The notes beneath the pieces were generated by a model, which was given only the letters and a program-made list of their open reading frames with translations, was not told the origin of the DNA and did no database searches. 64,000 nt of DNA, taken from positions 192,001 through 256,000 of the forward strand of contig JBMNJG010000005.1 of assembly GCA_050951545.1 (NCBI GenBank), given 5' to 3'. Each line of letters opens with the position of its first letter. Within the stretch, counting starts at the first letter, position 1. Position numbers and translations under genes: made by a program. Shown piece by piece: positions 17,949 to 27,346 of this stretch. The stretch is from Limnochordia bacterium (GTDB lineage Bacteria > Bacillota > Limnochordia > DTU080).

Positions 17949-20900
17949 CTACCGCACAGTGAAGTAGACGCACTGTGGATGATGGAAAACGATCGCGCTG
18001 ATCGAAGCTGCGGGATCCATCATTAGGGTCTCCGTGAGCTCAACCCCGATCTCTTCTGGCTGAAGTAGACGAAAGAGGTCCTTCTGCAAAGCGAGATCTG
18101 GACAGGCGGCATGGCCAAAGGAGTACCTACGTCCCCGGTAATGCCCCTGCAAGATCCGCTGTGTGGGTAGTGCCGGGTCATCTGGAAATCCCCACCAGCC
18201 GCGCATTCGGGCGTGTAGCCACTCCGCCGCTGCCTCTGCGGTCTCGATGGCCAGCGCCTGAAGTACATGACTGCGAAGGTAGTCCCCCTGCTCTTTGAGC
18301 CTCTCCGCCTCACGGGCGATCCCATGGCCGGCGGTAACCACGAAAAGGCACACACTGTCGCGGCTGTCACTCGTAACTGGTAGGGTGTAATCAGCCAAAC
18401 ACAAGCCCCGCTTGGCGTGCTGACGGGGAAACACCCACTCTGCGAGTACATCCCCGTTTTCAGGATGATACAGAATCAGGCAATCGCCTCTGCTAGCAGC
18501 GGGGAAATACTGCCAGACCGCACTGGCCCGCATCAACCCCTGGCGGCACTCGGCCTGCACCTCCTCAACCAACGCCCGCAGCATGTGGGCCCGCTCATCT
18601 TGGGCAGCCCAAGCCCGGTGCACTGGTGTCTTCAGCCCTAAGTGATGATTGTAGAGACTAATTGGATTCATGTAACCCCAGACACTATCCAGGTCGATGG
18701 CGGTCAACACATGTCTGTCGAAATCGGCCGGCTCGGGCACCGCGCTCGGCATGGATACTGCAGAAAGCTGCTGTGGTGCCGCGGCTGTGAACTCCCTACT
18801 CCCTAATGGCGACAGCTGAGCCGCCTCTTGCACCAACTGATCCACCAACACCTGGCGCTGGTCAGAATCCATAATCTGGTTGGCCAGCGCCAAACCATGC
18901 ATCACATCGCTGGCGTAGGCAACCAGACCCCCATAGGCAGGAGCGATCCTCTTGTGGGTAAAGCTCTGAGTGAGCGCCGCTCCGCCAACCAGCATCGGCG
19001 GACACAGGCCTGCTCGTGTGAGCTCCTCTGCGGTCACTACCATCTGTTGCGCCGATCGCACTAAGAGCCCCGACAGGCCTATAAGGTCCGGTTGGTGCTC
19101 CCGAACCGCTTTGACGAGCTCCGCTGGTGCCACCTTCGTCCCGAGATCGATGATGCGGTAGCCACTGTTTCCGAGAACCATTTCCACCAGATTCTTGCCG
19201 ATATCATGCACGTCTCCCTGTACGGTAGCCAGGATCACGGTTCCCTTGGTCATCAGAGCCGTCTGATCGATGCGAGACTCCAGATAGGCGACGGCGGCCT
19301 TCATGACCTCCGCGCTCTGCAACACCTCGGTAACGATCAGCTCATTGCGGTTAAACAACCGCCCGACTTCATTCATGCCCTCCATCAAAGGTCCGTTGAC
19401 GATCTCAAGGGGCGATGCCTCCTCAAGCTTCAGAGCCAGATCATCAACCAGCCCATTCTTGCTACCCTCAACGACATGCCTGGTCAGTCGCTCATCAAGG
19501 CTGAGTTGTGGGGTCGGAGGCGCCGTGCTCCTGACGTCCCGATAGTGCGCAGCAAACGTGCCGATTGTCTCGTCATCCGGACAAAAGAGCACCTTGAGTG
19601 CCAGGTCTCTCTCACGGGCGGAAAGACTTGCATAGCGCCTCAGTCGTTCGGTGTTCACAATGGCCAGGTCAAGACCCGCTTCCGTACACTCGTAGAGGAA
19701 CACAGAGTTCAGCACTTCACGCGCTCCAGGGGGTAGACCAAACGACACGTTACTTATCCCGAGCAGCGTCTTGCATGTCGGCAGAGCCTTCTTGATCAGG
19801 CGTAGCCCCTCAATTGTTTCCCGTACCGAGCCGACGTACTCCTTATCACCGGTGGCACACGGGAACACCAAGGGGTCCATAATGATGTCCGTGGGCCGCA
19901 TGCCGTACTTCACCACTAAGATCTCGTAGGCGCGCAGAGCGATCTCCAACTTGCGCTGCCGAGATACGGCCATGCCGCCTTCGTCAATCAGCCCCACGAC
20001 CAGGGCAGCCCCGTAGCGCCGGACAAGCGGAACCACCTCGTCAATGCGACGCTCGCCGGCCTCCAGATTCACCGAGTTGATAATTGCTTTCCCCTGACAG
20101 AACGTCAATGCAGGCTCAATCACCCGAGGGTCCGTGGAGTCGATCATGAGGGGCGCCCTCACCTGGCGAATGACATTGGAGAGAAGAGCCTCCATATCCT
20201 GACGCTCATCGCGGTCAGGATCACTCACGCAGATATCGAGGATCTGGGCTCCGCTGCGCTCCTGCCGCCGCGCCACTTCAGCTGCTTCCTCGTACTGGGC
20301 CTCGTGAATCAGACGGCGGAACTGACGCGAACCGATTACATTGGCCCGCTCACCAACCAGCACGGGCCGGTTACTCTCGCCGATCTCCAGATTGTCGATC
20401 CCGGAGACGAAAGTTGCAGTGATAGCCTTTGGGGTGCGTGGCGAGTAACCACTCACTGTCTCGACCAGAGCCCGAATGTGCTCCGAAGTCGTGCCGCAGC
20501 ACCCGCCCACGACGTTGAGCCAGCCTTGCTGAGCAAAGCGTTCAACCGCTCTCGCCATATGATGAGGCGTCTCGCCATAGTGTCCGTCCTCATCAGGCAT
20601 TCCCGCATTGGGCACACACGCCACCGCCACCGCGGCCCGCTCAGCCATCACTCGCAAGTGATCTGCCATCTGCTCCGGCCCGGTGGCGCAGTTGAGCCCG
20701 AGATACAGCAGATCTACATGCTCGAGACTTGTGATCAAGGCCTCCATATCTTGGCCAGCCAGCATGGTCCCCCCAGGCTCGATGGTGACCGAGACGGCTA
20801 CCGGAATAGGCCTGCCCCACTCCTGGGAGAGCTGCTCGATGCCCACCAACCCCGCCTTTATATTCCGCGTGTCTTGGCATGTCTCTAATAGAAGATAGTC

Positions 20901-21389
20901 AACGCCCCCATCAACCAGAGCTCGTGCCTGTTCCCGGAAAGCACGAACAAGCTGATCGAAACGAACCCCCCCTGTTACGGAGATAGCCTTGGTGGTTGGC
21001 CCCATAGACCCTGCTACAAAGCGAAGCTTGCCCGATGTGCTGTAGCGATCAGCCGCTTTTCGAGCGAGCCTGGCTGCTTCATAGGTAAGGGCGTAGGCTT
21101 GATCTGCGAGCTCGTACTCCGCCAAGACGAGGGAGCTGGATCCGAAGCTGTTGGTCTCGATGATATCAGCGCCTGCCCGCAGATAGCCCTCATGGATGGC
21201 CAGGATCACATCGGAGCGAGTTCTGACCAAGTGCTCGTGGCACCCCTCGTAGCGAGGGTCTCCAAAATCAGCGGCAGACAGGCCTCGTTGCTGAATCGCA
21301 GTGCCCATGGCCCCGTCGAGAACCAAGATCCGTTCCTGCAGCGCCCGACGAAAACGCTCGACCCGGTGATCCTGACTCGCCATGCTCAT
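17949..21389 (-). CDS. metH: Cobalamin-dependent methionine synthase
   Basis: LDGAMGT, GGCCG, pterin-binding domain, DVHDIGKN..SGLL B12 motif, activation domain RYSFG. Confidence 0.95.
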   Translation of the reverse strand: MSMASQDHRVERFRRALQERILVLDGAMGTAIQQRGLSAADFGDPRYEGCHEHLVRTRSDVILAIHEGYLRAGADIIETNSFGSSSLVLAEYELADQAYALTYEAARLARKAADRYSTSGKLRFVAGSMGPTTKAISVTGGVRFDQLVRAFREQARALVDGGVDYLLLETCQDTRNIKAGLVGIEQLSQEWGRPIPVAVSVTIEPGGTMLAGQDMEALITSLEHVDLLYLGLNCATGPEQMADHLRVMAERAAVAVACVPNAGMPDEDGHYGETPHHMARAVERFAQQGWLNVVGGCCGTTSEHIRALVETVSGYSPRTPKAITATFVSGIDNLEIGESNRPVLVGERANVIGSRQFRRLIHEAQYEEAAEVARRQERSGAQILDICVSDPDRDERQDMEALLSNVIRQVRAPLMIDSTDPRVIEPALTFCQGKAIINSVNLEAGERRIDEVVPLVRRYGAALVVGLIDEGGMAVSRQRKLEIALRAYEILVVKYGMRPTDIIMDPLVFPCATGDKEYVGSVRETIEGLRLIKKALPTCKTLLGISNVSFGLPPGAREVLNSVFLYECTEAGLDLAIVNTERLRRYASLSARERDLALKVLFCPDDETIGTFAAHYRDVRSTAPPTPQLSLDERLTRHVVEGSKNGLVDDLALKLEEASPLEIVNGPLMEGMNEVGRLFNRNELIVTEVLQSAEVMKAAVAYLESRIDQTALMTKGTVILATVQGDVHDIGKNLVEMVLGNSGYRIIDLGTKVAPAELVKAVREHQPDLIGLSGLLVRSAQQMVVTAEELTRAGLCPPMLVGGAALTQSFTHKRIAPAYGGLVAYASDVMHGLALANQIMDSDQRQVLVDQLVQEAAQLSPLGSREFTAAAPQQLSAVSMPSAVPEPADFDRHVLTAIDLDSVWGYMNPISLYNHHLGLKTPVHRAWAAQDERAHMLRALVEEVQAECRQGLMRASAVWQYFPAASRGDCLILYHPENGDVLAEWVFPRQHAKRGLCLADYTLPVTSDSRDSVCLFVVTAGHGIAREAERLKEQGDYLRSHVLQALAIETAEAAAEWLHARMRGWWGFPDDPALPTQRILQGHYRGRRYSFGHAACPDLALQKDLFRLLQPEEIGVELTETLMMDPAASISAIVFHHPQCVYFTVR

Positions 21390-23437
21390 TTGCCCACCTC
21401 ATCGCCTGATGACCGTACGTGCTGACGAACCTGCTCCACGAACGTGCAGATAGGCTCATGCTTGCCAAAAGAGAGCACCACGTAGATCCCGGCAATAAGC
21501 GAGCTGGCCTGCGTCACGAGTTCAGCGGCTTGCGTGAGGCCGACCCTGAGTCCATCGTCCCCGGCGAGTTCAAGCTCGCGGCGGATGGCCTCCGGCACAG
21601 TGATCCCGGGGACCTCATTGTGAAGGTAGACCGCATGCCTGTAGCTGTGGAGAGGCATCACTCCCAGCAAGATAGGCACATCGCAGCCCCCAATCTCATC
21701 CAAGACCCGATGCAACGGGGCCAGATCATAGACGGGTTGCGTCATCACAAACTGAGCCCCGGCTGCCAACTTCCGGCGAAAACGATCTGTCTCACGCGCC
21801 AGATCGTCAGCGTTCGGGTTCAGAGCACAGCCTACTGCGAAGTCCGTGGCCTGCCCAGTCGGGTTGCTAAGCAGGTCACGTCCAGCGTTGAGTTCGGTAA
21901 GCACACGGATAAGACCGATGGCGTCCACATCATATACCGGCGTTGCCTGCGTGACATTGCCCAACGATGGCGGATCGCCAGTCAACGCCAGTATATTGCG
22001 CAACCCCAAAGCATGGGCGCCCAGCAAATCGGATTGCAGCCCCATCAGATTGCGGTCCCGCGTTGTCAGATGCACAATGGTTTCCACGCCAACTCCATGC
22101 TCAATGAGATGCGCACTGGCCATGGCGCCCATCCGCACCCGGGCCATCGGACTATCTGCCACATTGATGCAGTCAACACTAGCAGCCTTGAGCGCTGTGG
22201 CAGCTTCGAGGAACTTCTTGGTCACCGAACCCTTGGGAGGATCCAACTCGACACTGATGACAAACTCACGGCCTAGGTTGGCCCGCAACCCTCGATCAGC
22301 TGCCCGGGGAGTAGCTTCCGTAACCTCCTCCACAGGACGAACCCGCGGGCGAAGAGGGCTCGTACCCTGACCAGCGGGGGCTGCCATCTTCCTCTCCAAC
22401 TTGACGCTTGGCGATACGGCCTTCGACGCCCCGACTGCGTCGCCGTTGGTGCTGTTGGTTTGCCGCGCGTCGAGATACTCTCTCATGGCTGCGATGTGCT
22501 CCGGTGTCGTGCCGCAGCAGCCGCCAATCAAGCGTACACCCCGACTGATGAACCCCTCCATCATCGCTGCGAAGTACTCCGGTGTGGCTGAGTAGAGCAC
22601 GCGGCCGTCTACGTATGCTGGCAGACCAGCGTTGGGCATGGCAGACCACATGACAGGGAACGTGATGCTTTCCTGCAGCGTCTCCAATGCCTCCACCACG
22701 TGGACAGGACCGCTGCTGCAGTTGACACCGATCACATCAGGGTAGGCCGCAGGATCCAAGTCGTTTAGGGCGGCCGCCACGCCCTGCGGCGTATACCCAG
22801 CGGCGGTGGCCTGCCTCACACCATTACCCAGACCCGGCAGATTACGGGGAGCACCATCTGGCCAGAAGGCGAATTGCACAACGATGGGCAGTTTGGAGAT
22901 CTCACGAGCAGCTCGAATGGCCTCACTCGCCTCCACGGGATCTGCCATAGTCTCGATAACGAAAAGATCGACACCACCGGCAAGCAAAGCCTCCATCTGT
23001 TCTCGGAAAAGAGCGCGCATCTCTCGCCGTCCCATTGTGCCCGCTACGCCAATTGGTAAACCTAGAGAGCCCACTGATCCCGCCACCAGGGCGGCCTCAC
23101 CAGCTATCTCGCGCGCTGCTCGAGCAATCTTAGCACCCCACACATTGATATCCCACACCCGCTCCTCCTGACCGCATTTCTGCAGTCTGATCCGGTTAGC
23201 ACCATAGGTGTTGGTCTCAATCAAGGATGCTCCGGCCTGCAGATAGTCCAGATGCGCCTTCTGGACTATCTCCCGATCTGATAGATTCAGACACTCAAAG
23301 GATCTCGCCGCCCGGTCACCTCGCTCGTGAAGCAAGGAACCCATGCCGCCATCAGCCAACAAGACCTCCCCCTGCAGACGTGAGAGGAATGCGCGCACAG
23401 CGGAAGGGACATCCGCTCTGCCAGTAAGTGGAGCCAT
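21386..23437 (-). CDS. Bifunctional homocysteine S-methyltransferase / methylenetetrahydrofolate reductase (YitJ/SamT-like)
   Basis: DGGMG, GVNC, GGCCGT, then ISVELDPP, HLTTRDRN, LTGDP, TQPVY; 4-nt overlap with metH. Confidence 0.9.
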   Translation of the reverse strand: MAPLTGRADVPSAVRAFLSRLQGEVLLADGGMGSLLHERGDRAARSFECLNLSDREIVQKAHLDYLQAGASLIETNTYGANRIRLQKCGQEERVWDINVWGAKIARAAREIAGEAALVAGSVGSLGLPIGVAGTMGRREMRALFREQMEALLAGGVDLFVIETMADPVEASEAIRAAREISKLPIVVQFAFWPDGAPRNLPGLGNGVRQATAAGYTPQGVAAALNDLDPAAYPDVIGVNCSSGPVHVVEALETLQESITFPVMWSAMPNAGLPAYVDGRVLYSATPEYFAAMMEGFISRGVRLIGGCCGTTPEHIAAMREYLDARQTNSTNGDAVGASKAVSPSVKLERKMAAPAGQGTSPLRPRVRPVEEVTEATPRAADRGLRANLGREFVISVELDPPKGSVTKKFLEAATALKAASVDCINVADSPMARVRMGAMASAHLIEHGVGVETIVHLTTRDRNLMGLQSDLLGAHALGLRNILALTGDPPSLGNVTQATPVYDVDAIGLIRVLTELNAGRDLLSNPTGQATDFAVGCALNPNADDLARETDRFRRKLAAGAQFVMTQPVYDLAPLHRVLDEIGGCDVPILLGVMPLHSYRHAVYLHNEVPGITVPEAIRRELELAGDDGLRVGLTQAAELVTQASSLIAGIYVVLSFGKHEPICTFVEQVRQHVRSSGDEVGK

Positions 23438-23706
23438 CTCGCCAAATCCCTTCTAGTCTTACGGCTTCGTTCACAATGGAATCAGCCTGCGGATAATGAT
23501 AATGATCAGCCAACTTCAACACCACAGCGGCGATCACCTTTTCCAGAGCACAGTAGCATCACCAAGAACGAACGTGACCATTCCATGGTGCCCCACAAGA
23601 GGCGCAGGGGGTGACCGACACCCGCAATGAGTGGGTTGACTGCTTCGGGAAGCTGGCCGAGCAGTCGGCTGCCAGCGAAACGCAGGTCTGAAGATCCGGG
23701 CAGACA

Positions 23707-23821
23707 GAACCAGTGAGCATCGACCGCTTCTTACCGAATTGGGTGATGTAACCGGTGTGTGCACGGGTCTGCTTTGGCAGGACGGCACTGGTCACCGCTG
23801 CGGGCTAGCGCTGTCCTACCC
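23707..23821 (+). repeat. Diverged direct-repeat copy (left) of the 25301-25621 repeat family
   Basis: GAGCATCGaCCgCTTCTTaCCGAaTTGGGtgATGTAACCG...CGGGCTAGCGC..CCTACCC is shared with 25509-25621. Confidence 0.75.
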
Positions 23822-23909
23822 AGATGCGCCCATCACGACCGGAAAACGTGCCATCGCGCCTCGCTTGGAAGAGCTCGGTGCACGCCGCCTCTGGTTTTGT
23901 CTGAATCGA

Positions 23910-25079
23910 CCTTTTGGTGAAGGAACCCTACCGGAGAGTGTCGAACATGTATTCGGGACCCGAACAGACATTCTGGCTGGAGGTGGCACCCTTGGATATC
24001 GAAGAGGTTCGCGTGCCGATCTCGTTGCTGCTCACTAGCCAGTTAAGAGCGACGGATAAGGTAGTTTGGCTGGCTCTCACACTCGACGCTGAATTGGGGC
24101 AGCGAGCCCGTCTGTCGCCCACTCGCCTCGCTGCTCGTACCGGTTTGTCCCGACCCACCATCCGCAAGGCTACGGCAAAGCTAACCACTGAGGGCTGGTA
24201 CAATCTGCCCACAGGCGTCAACCGGGCCCCAGCAAAAGGGCTGTCGGGGCCAAGGGTGGTCATGCCTACTGAGCTGATCATCGCCACGGAGGTCAGTGCT
24301 CAGGCCAAGGTGGTCTATGGTGCACTGCAGGCCACGCCGGATTACCGTAATTTGCAGGGCGTGTTCACATATGCATCTGTGGCCCGGATGATGAGTCTAG
24401 ACGCCAAGACGGTCAAGCGGGCCGCTCGACAGCTGGCCAAGCTGGGCTGGCTGGAGACGCAGCAGGAGCACAAGCAAGCTCCCATTTGCTTCAGCCTCTG
24501 CAACCCGGTCGCCCGCAGGTACATGGATGAACTGCTAGCGGCGCAGCAGCGACTCGACGAGGCTGAGTTCTTCGGACAGACCTTGATGCAGGAATACCTA
24601 TCGGCTATTTTCGACTCCGATGACCATAAGGACAACGCGTCTCCCCGTTTTCTAGTCAACCCGGCTACTGGCATGTTACTGGAGCTCGACCGCCACTATG
24701 ACCTCGAGGCCGTGGCCTTTGAGTTTAACGGGCCACAACACTACACCCCTACCAAACGGTTCTCGGCTGACGTGGTCGCCAAGCAGATGGAACGTGACAA
24801 GACCAAGCGTGAATTGTGTGAGGAGAACAAAGTCACGTTGGTTGTGATCCATGCCAAGGACCTGTCCTGGCTCACCATGAAGTTCAAGGCTGGCCAACTG
24901 CTGCCGTTGCGAAGCGACCTTAACAAGAAACTCCTCAGGTACCTCGATCTGAGGAGTCGCTTCTACCGCGAGACGGCTAAGGGTGGCTGGGCGCCCACCA
25001 GTGACGCCGCCAACGAATAGCCAACGACGGCCAAGAGTGCGCTATAGCCTCGAATCATCTCTCCCCCTTCACCAAAAGG
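23910..25079 (+). mobile_element. Candidate IS-like/selfish element bounded by 14-bp inverted repeats
   Basis: CCTTTTGGTGAAGG (23910-23923) and CCTTCACCAAAAGG (25066-25079) bracket a single nuclease ORF. Confidence 0.5.
23947..25020 (+). CDS. Tandem winged-HTH protein with a C-terminal Vsr/DUF559/EDxHD-like endonuclease domain
   Basis: Two internal repeats (VP..LL....L....KVVW/Y..L...S...LA...GLS..TI/V......L...GW); tail 'LELDRHY..AVAFEFNGPQHY...QMERDKTKRELCEENKVTLVVI'. Confidence 0.7.
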   Translation: MYSGPEQTFWLEVAPLDIEEVRVPISLLLTSQLRATDKVVWLALTLDAELGQRARLSPTRLAARTGLSRPTIRKATAKLTTEGWYNLPTGVNRAPAKGLSGPRVVMPTELIIATEVSAQAKVVYGALQATPDYRNLQGVFTYASVARMMSLDAKTVKRAARQLAKLGWLETQQEHKQAPICFSLCNPVARRYMDELLAAQQRLDEAEFFGQTLMQEYLSAIFDSDDHKDNASPRFLVNPATGMLLELDRHYDLEAVAFEFNGPQHYTPTKRFSADVVAKQMERDKTKRELCEENKVTLVVIHAKDLSWLTMKFKAGQLLPLRSDLNKKLLRYLDLRSRFYRETAKGGWAPTSDAANE

Positions 25080-25300
25080 GGTCTCAGCAACCTCTCGCTG
25101 CCGCTCGCTGAAGCGGGTGCCCCTATGCCCTCGCCCAGGTGCCCTCGCGACGAGTCGTGACAATAGCAGACCCGTGGTGCGCCAACGGGCGCTGCGCTTC
25201 CTGCTGTAACCGCCTCGAAATCACAATGTTGCGCCCAATAGCCATCTTGCCTTGCCCAGAACCCGCCTCGTCGCCTGGTCCACTTCCTGTGATCGAAGAT

Positions 25301-25561
25301 GAAACTGGAGCATCGCCCTCTTCTTGCCGATTTGGGCAATGTAACCGACCCCGGGCCCCGACCCGGGCCCCGACTCACCAGCCGGGTCCGGGACTGACGG
25401 AAGTGAAACTGGAGCATCGCCCTCTTCTTGCCGATTTGGGCAATGTAACCGACCCCGGGCCCCGACCCGGGCCCCGACTCACCAGCCGGGTCCGCGACTG
25501 ACGGAAGTGAAACCGAGTGGGCATCGCCCCCTTCTTGCCAAATCAGGCGATGTAACCGACC
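25301..25561 (+). repeat. 104-bp tandem repeat (2 near-identical units plus 1 diverged partial)
   Basis: Units start at 25301, 25405 and 25509; the first two contain an internal (ACCCGGGCCCCG)x2-like duplication. Confidence 0.9.
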
Positions 25562-25801
25562 TGTGTATCGCCCACGACGAGCCTGGGCATCGACACACGA
25601 CGGGCTAGCGCGGCCCTACCCCGACCCAACTGATCACAGTCGGTGCAAACCCTAGCATGGAGGAAGACCACAGTCAGAATCCTAGTCATACTTGAAATGA
25701 ACTGGTGGGGCCTTTCCAAAGGCGGCGCAACAGCGATACGCGAATTCTCGTCACCGTATTCGCCCGTATTCCCCCGTGTTCACGCCGACGAGTATTCGCG
25801 G

Positions 25802-25830
25802 TTGCGTGGCTCGAGGGATAGTGCTATAAT
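25802..25830 (+). promoter_or_regulatory. SigA-type promoter for tRNA-Arg
   Basis: TTGCGT-N17-TATAAT with an extended TG. Confidence 0.7.
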
Positions 25831-25843
25831 GTGAAAGCGGTAG

Positions 25844-25920
25844 GCGCTCGTAGCTCAGCTGGATAGAGTGCTTGACTACGAATCAAGAGGCCAGAGGTTC
25901 GAGTCCTCTCGGGCGCACCA
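25844..25920 (+). tRNA. tRNA-Arg (anticodon ACG)
   Basis: Cloverleaf, anticodon loop CTACGAA, GGTTCGAGTCC, encoded CCA. Confidence 0.97.
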
Positions 25921-25921
25921 G

Positions 25922-25970
25922 CAAGAAACACCTCCACGAAGCGGTTTTCGGGAGGTGTTTCTTGTTTGTT
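25922..25970 (+). terminator. Intrinsic terminator after tRNA-Arg
   Basis: CAAGAAACACCTCC...GGAGGTGTTTCTTG plus a T-rich tail. Confidence 0.85.
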
Positions 25971-26317
25971 GGGGGTTGGGGAAGGGCGGTTTTGTAGCCA
26001 ATGTGTAGCCAACAGGTTCTGCCACGAAGGCTAGGGTATGTACCAAGGCGGTTGTCGAGCAGTCGGGTCGACGCGTCGAACCCGAACCTAGATGCAGCCG
26101 CACACTAATCTATCTGTAGCTTGCGTAATAAGGGACGCTTTGGTGAATATCCATAAAAAGAAACAGGAAAATCCTTCTAGGGTGTGGTAATACTATCCGG
26201 ACATTGAAGCCGCCTACTCGGATGTCCCAGTTACCCGCGGAGATGTGCGCTTGGTCGCGCTAAGCAACAAGAGGTATCCATGTCGATGATGCCACGCCTT
26301 GAATATCAGGGAGGTCC

Positions 26318-27346
26318 TTGATCATGAAAGAGAAAGCTGACCTCGTTCTAGAAGGAGGCGGGGTCAAAGCCATCGCCTTAGTAGGAGCCCTCAACTACGC
26401 CGAATCACAGGGGTACCACTGGAACAACATAGCCGGTACCTCAGCCGGGGCTCTCGTCGGTGCACTCCTAGTAGCTGGGTACTCAGGTAACGCCCTGAAA
26501 GACATGGTGCTCAATATGGATTTCACCGCCCTGTGCGACAAGCGCCTTATCCAACGTCTGCCTGTCGTAGGTCCGGCGGCTGCTGTGGGTCTCTACATGG
26601 GCCTGTGTCGCGGGCAAGCGCTCGAGACGTGGATCCGTGACATACTACTCAACAAGGGCGTGCGTACGTTCGGGGATCTAAAGGTGTATGATGAGCACAA
26701 TCCGCGCTACCGCTATCGCCTGCAAGTCATCGCCTCAGATCTCACACGCGGCCGCATGCTGGTACTGCCCGACGACATGAGGGCCTACGGGCTTAATCCC
26801 GACCAAATGGAGGTGGCCCAAGCCATACGCATGAGCACAAGTATCCCTTTCTTCTACGAGCCCGTTGTGCTGCGTTACGGCAGACTACACAACAAGAGCA
26901 GCTACGTCGTTGACGGCGGCGTACTCAGCAACTACCCTGTCTGGCTCTTCGACTGCCCCCAGTACCGGGCGCCTCGCTGGCCTACCATCGGACTGCGACT
27001 CGTCGACCCGCGAGCAGCACACCCCAACAAAATCAGAGGGCCGTTATCCTTGCTTACGGCCCTGTTCTCAACCATGCTAGAAGCGCATGACGCCCGCCAC
27101 GTCAAAGAGGCCAACTTCGTGCGCACTGTTGCGATAAATACCCTCGGTGTGCGAACCGTCGATTTCGGCATTCCGACAGCCACCCGTCTGCGACTGTATG
27201 ATTCCGGCGTCTCGGCAGCACGAACCTTCCTCAAGACTTGGGACTTCGAGACCTACAAGAACCGCTACAGGCTTCCCCAAACACTAACTACTTTCTCTCG
27301 GGCAGAACGTACTCCGACAACGAGAACAGCGCACCTGCTGCCCTAG
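26318..27346 (+). CDS. Patatin-like phospholipase
   Basis: GGGVK, GTSAG, DGG motifs. Confidence 0.92.
   Translation: MIMKEKADLVLEGGGVKAIALVGALNYAESQGYHWNNIAGTSAGALVGALLVAGYSGNALKDMVLNMDFTALCDKRLIQRLPVVGPAAAVGLYMGLCRGQALETWIRDILLNKGVRTFGDLKVYDEHNPRYRYRLQVIASDLTRGRMLVLPDDMRAYGLNPDQMEVAQAIRMSTSIPFFYEPVVLRYGRLHNKSSYVVDGGVLSNYPVWLFDCPQYRAPRWPTIGLRLVDPRAAHPNKIRGPLSLLTALFSTMLEAHDARHVKEANFVRTVAINTLGVRTVDFGIPTATRLRLYDSGVSAARTFLKTWDFETYKNRYRLPQTLTTFSRAERTPTTRTAHLLP

Noticed and set aside
21419-22370. Long antisense ORFs (also 5788-6582, 47710-48279, 58619-59302)
   Set aside because: These are shadow ORFs opposite well-supported genes, as expected in GC-rich DNA.
23437-23700. SAM-I riboswitch or T-box upstream of the met genes
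   Set aside because: No ATC.AGAG..GAGGGA/GCAACC/GTGC motifs and no AAGGTGGTACC T-box are visible.
25055-25501. The two 120-aa ORFs across the tandem repeat
   Set aside because: They are low-complexity translations of the repeat with no recognisable protein features.
25301-25561. CRISPR array
   Set aside because: The period is 104 bp, the first two units are identical throughout (no unique spacers), and there are no cas genes in the window.
26176-26303. 6S RNA or a structured leader (the terminal segments can pair)
   Set aside because: Too short and lacking 6S bubble features; the 5' arm overlaps a plausible promoter; there is no independent support.
26318-27346. CBASS CapV-type effector in a tRNA-linked defence island
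   Set aside because: No CD-NTase or other defence genes are nearby, and the neighbours look like core genes.
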